Shown piece by piece: positions 55,407-56,778 of a DNA stretch of 56,778 bases. A program made the translations under genes and the position numbers. Source of the stretch: an archaeon (GTDB lineage: Archaea; Nanobdellota; Nanobdellia; SCGC-AAA011-G17; GW2011-AR20); the NCBI GenBank assembly GCA_043808705.1, contig JAZDEO010000005.1:1-56778 (forward strand), written 5' to 3'. The first letter of the stretch is position 1. Each line of letters begins with the position of its first letter. The notes beneath the pieces were generated by a model. That model had not been told where the DNA came from and searched no databases. It worked only from the letters and a program-made list of their open reading frames with translations.

Positions 55407-56549
55407 ATGAATAAAAAATTTGATAATAATTTAGTAGGATTAAAAGATTTAAGTACTCCCTCTTTTTATATACTCTTAACTAAAGACTATAGAGAATTTT
55501 TAATTAAGAAAGCCCTAAACAATAAAAAAGATTTTAAAAGCATCGCTCAGGAAATTGGTTGTTGTGTGGAAACTTTAAAGAACTTTAAAAATTATAAAGA
55601 AAAACACATTAACTCCAAATTTCTTAAAAACTTATTAAGTTTGTTAGATATACCGATTAATGATGCTGAAAAACATGTTTTATCTATAAAAAGAGGATGT
55701 TCTAACAGAGATGTAAAATTAAGATTACCAATAAAAGCAAAGCCAGAATTAGCTTTACTTATGGCAAAGGCATTTGGAGATGGAAGCGTTTTATCTGATT
55801 GGAGATTTCATTATACAAATACTCAATTAAATTTGATAAAAGAAGTAATTAATGCTGTAACCAAATCAATAGGTAAGACTAGATACACCCTACATAAGAG
55901 ATCAGACAGAAAAATTTATGAAATAAAATTTTCTCCAGTTGTAGGATATATCTTAAATTTAATTGGTGCTCCCAAAAGTTACAAAATTAATCAAGAATTT
56001 AGAATTCCTAATTGGATAATGGATGGAGATAAAAATACAAAATCATATTTTTTAAGAGGAATATTTGACGATGAATCATGTGTTAATAAAAGTGGAAGGA
56101 GTAAAAGAATTTTATTAGCAATGGGAAAAATTAACGATTATGAAGATTCTCTAAGGAATTTTTTAGAACAAATTCAAAAATTATTATTAGAATTTGATAT
56201 AAGTACAGGAAGCATCCATATCCAACAAAGGTATGGGAATAAAGTAATATTGAGATTTGGAATTTATAAAAAAACTAATTTTGAAAATTTTAAAATGTTT
56301 ATAGATTTTACTCACACAAAAAAGAAAAGAATTATTAAAGATATAATTAATAGCTATATAGATACACATAAAACAAAAAAAATGGTTTTGGAAACTTTGA
56401 AGGATGTAAAATATCCTTTAACTACAAATGAAATTGCTAAATTGAATAAACTTAGAAGAAGGAATGCATATGAACATCTTAATAATTTATTTAAAGAAGA
56501 TATCATTAAAAAGATAGAAGTAAGACCAACAATGTGGTTTAAGAATTAA
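55407..56549 (+). CDS. Free-standing LAGLIDADG endonuclease-like protein with N-terminal HTH and C-terminal wHTH
   Basis: LMAKAFGDGS, YTN, IPNWI, FLRGIFDDESC; HTH FKSIAQEIGCCVETL; wHTH LTTNEIAKL...AYEHLNNL. Confidence 0.82.
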   Translation: MNKKFDNNLVGLKDLSTPSFYILLTKDYREFLIKKALNNKKDFKSIAQEIGCCVETLKNFKNYKEKHINSKFLKNLLSLLDIPINDAEKHVLSIKRGCSNRDVKLRLPIKAKPELALLMAKAFGDGSVLSDWRFHYTNTQLNLIKEVINAVTKSIGKTRYTLHKRSDRKIYEIKFSPVVGYILNLIGAPKSYKINQEFRIPNWIMDGDKNTKSYFLRGIFDDESCVNKSGRSKRILLAMGKINDYEDSLRNFLEQIQKLLLEFDISTGSIHIQQRYGNKVILRFGIYKKTNFENFKMFIDFTHTKKKRIIKDIINSYIDTHKTKKMVLETLKDVKYPLTTNEIAKLNKLRRRNAYEHLNNLFKEDIIKKIEVRPTMWFKN

Positions 56550-56563
56550 AGACACAAAGCAAG

Positions 56564-56776
56564 TTAAGGGAATTCTTTTAAAATCTTCTCAATAATCTTT
56601 TTAGGCCACCCGCTCTCTAAAAATCTCCTCTCTATTTCTTCTTTACTATAACCCTTATCAAGGGCATCTCTAATAGCATTTTTTACCTCATCATTGTTAT
56701 ATTTTTTAGATCTTGCTTTATTTATTTTTATTATATAATAAACTATAAAAAATAAGACTATGGCAATAATTATTAT
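56564..56776 (-). CDS. 3' end of a membrane protein with cytoplasmic GW tail (truncated by window end)
   Basis: Reads ...IIIIAIVLFFIVYYII...AIRDALDKGYSKEEIERRFLESGWPKKIIEKILKEFP*. Confidence 0.75.
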   Translation of the reverse strand: MIIIAIVLFFIVYYIIKINKARSKKYNNDEVKNAIRDALDKGYSKEEIERRFLESGWPKKIIEKILKEFP

Positions 56777-56778
56777 AA

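Overview
AT-rich, densely coding archaeal DNA. Archaeal markers include rpl15e, TFE, ABCE1, Taw3, NreA, an archaeal-type ProRS, TATA/BRE promoters and intron-containing tRNAs. The truncated AlaRS, bacterial-type Tgt, Pta-AckA and large PKD/FG-GAP surface proteins suggest a DPANN (Woesearchaeota/Pacearchaeota-like) host, which is an inference. The window holds a dcd + MtrA/ThyA/DUF4346-like fusion pair, HEPN-MNT and AbiE toxin-antitoxin pairs, tldD/tldE split by a free-standing HTH-LAGLIDADG gene, a six-gene late purine operon, three aminoacyl-tRNA synthetases, a P-type ATPase and a second HTH-LAGLIDADG-wHTH gene. Three signals stand out. (1) A 59-bp GC-rich hairpin element occurs twice (26-84 and 9344-9402, 50/59 identical), each time between a housekeeping stop codon and a minus-strand start codon; one of these starts belongs to the free-standing LAGLIDADG gene. 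(2) Two tandem tRNAs carry tiny introns: tRNA-Arg(TCG) with an 11-nt intron inside the anticodon (35/36), and a Pro-type tRNA with an A34 (AGG) anticodon. (3) Perfect palindromic operators lie at the promoters of four accessory DNA-binding genes. All calls were made by eye from motifs; no database searches were run.
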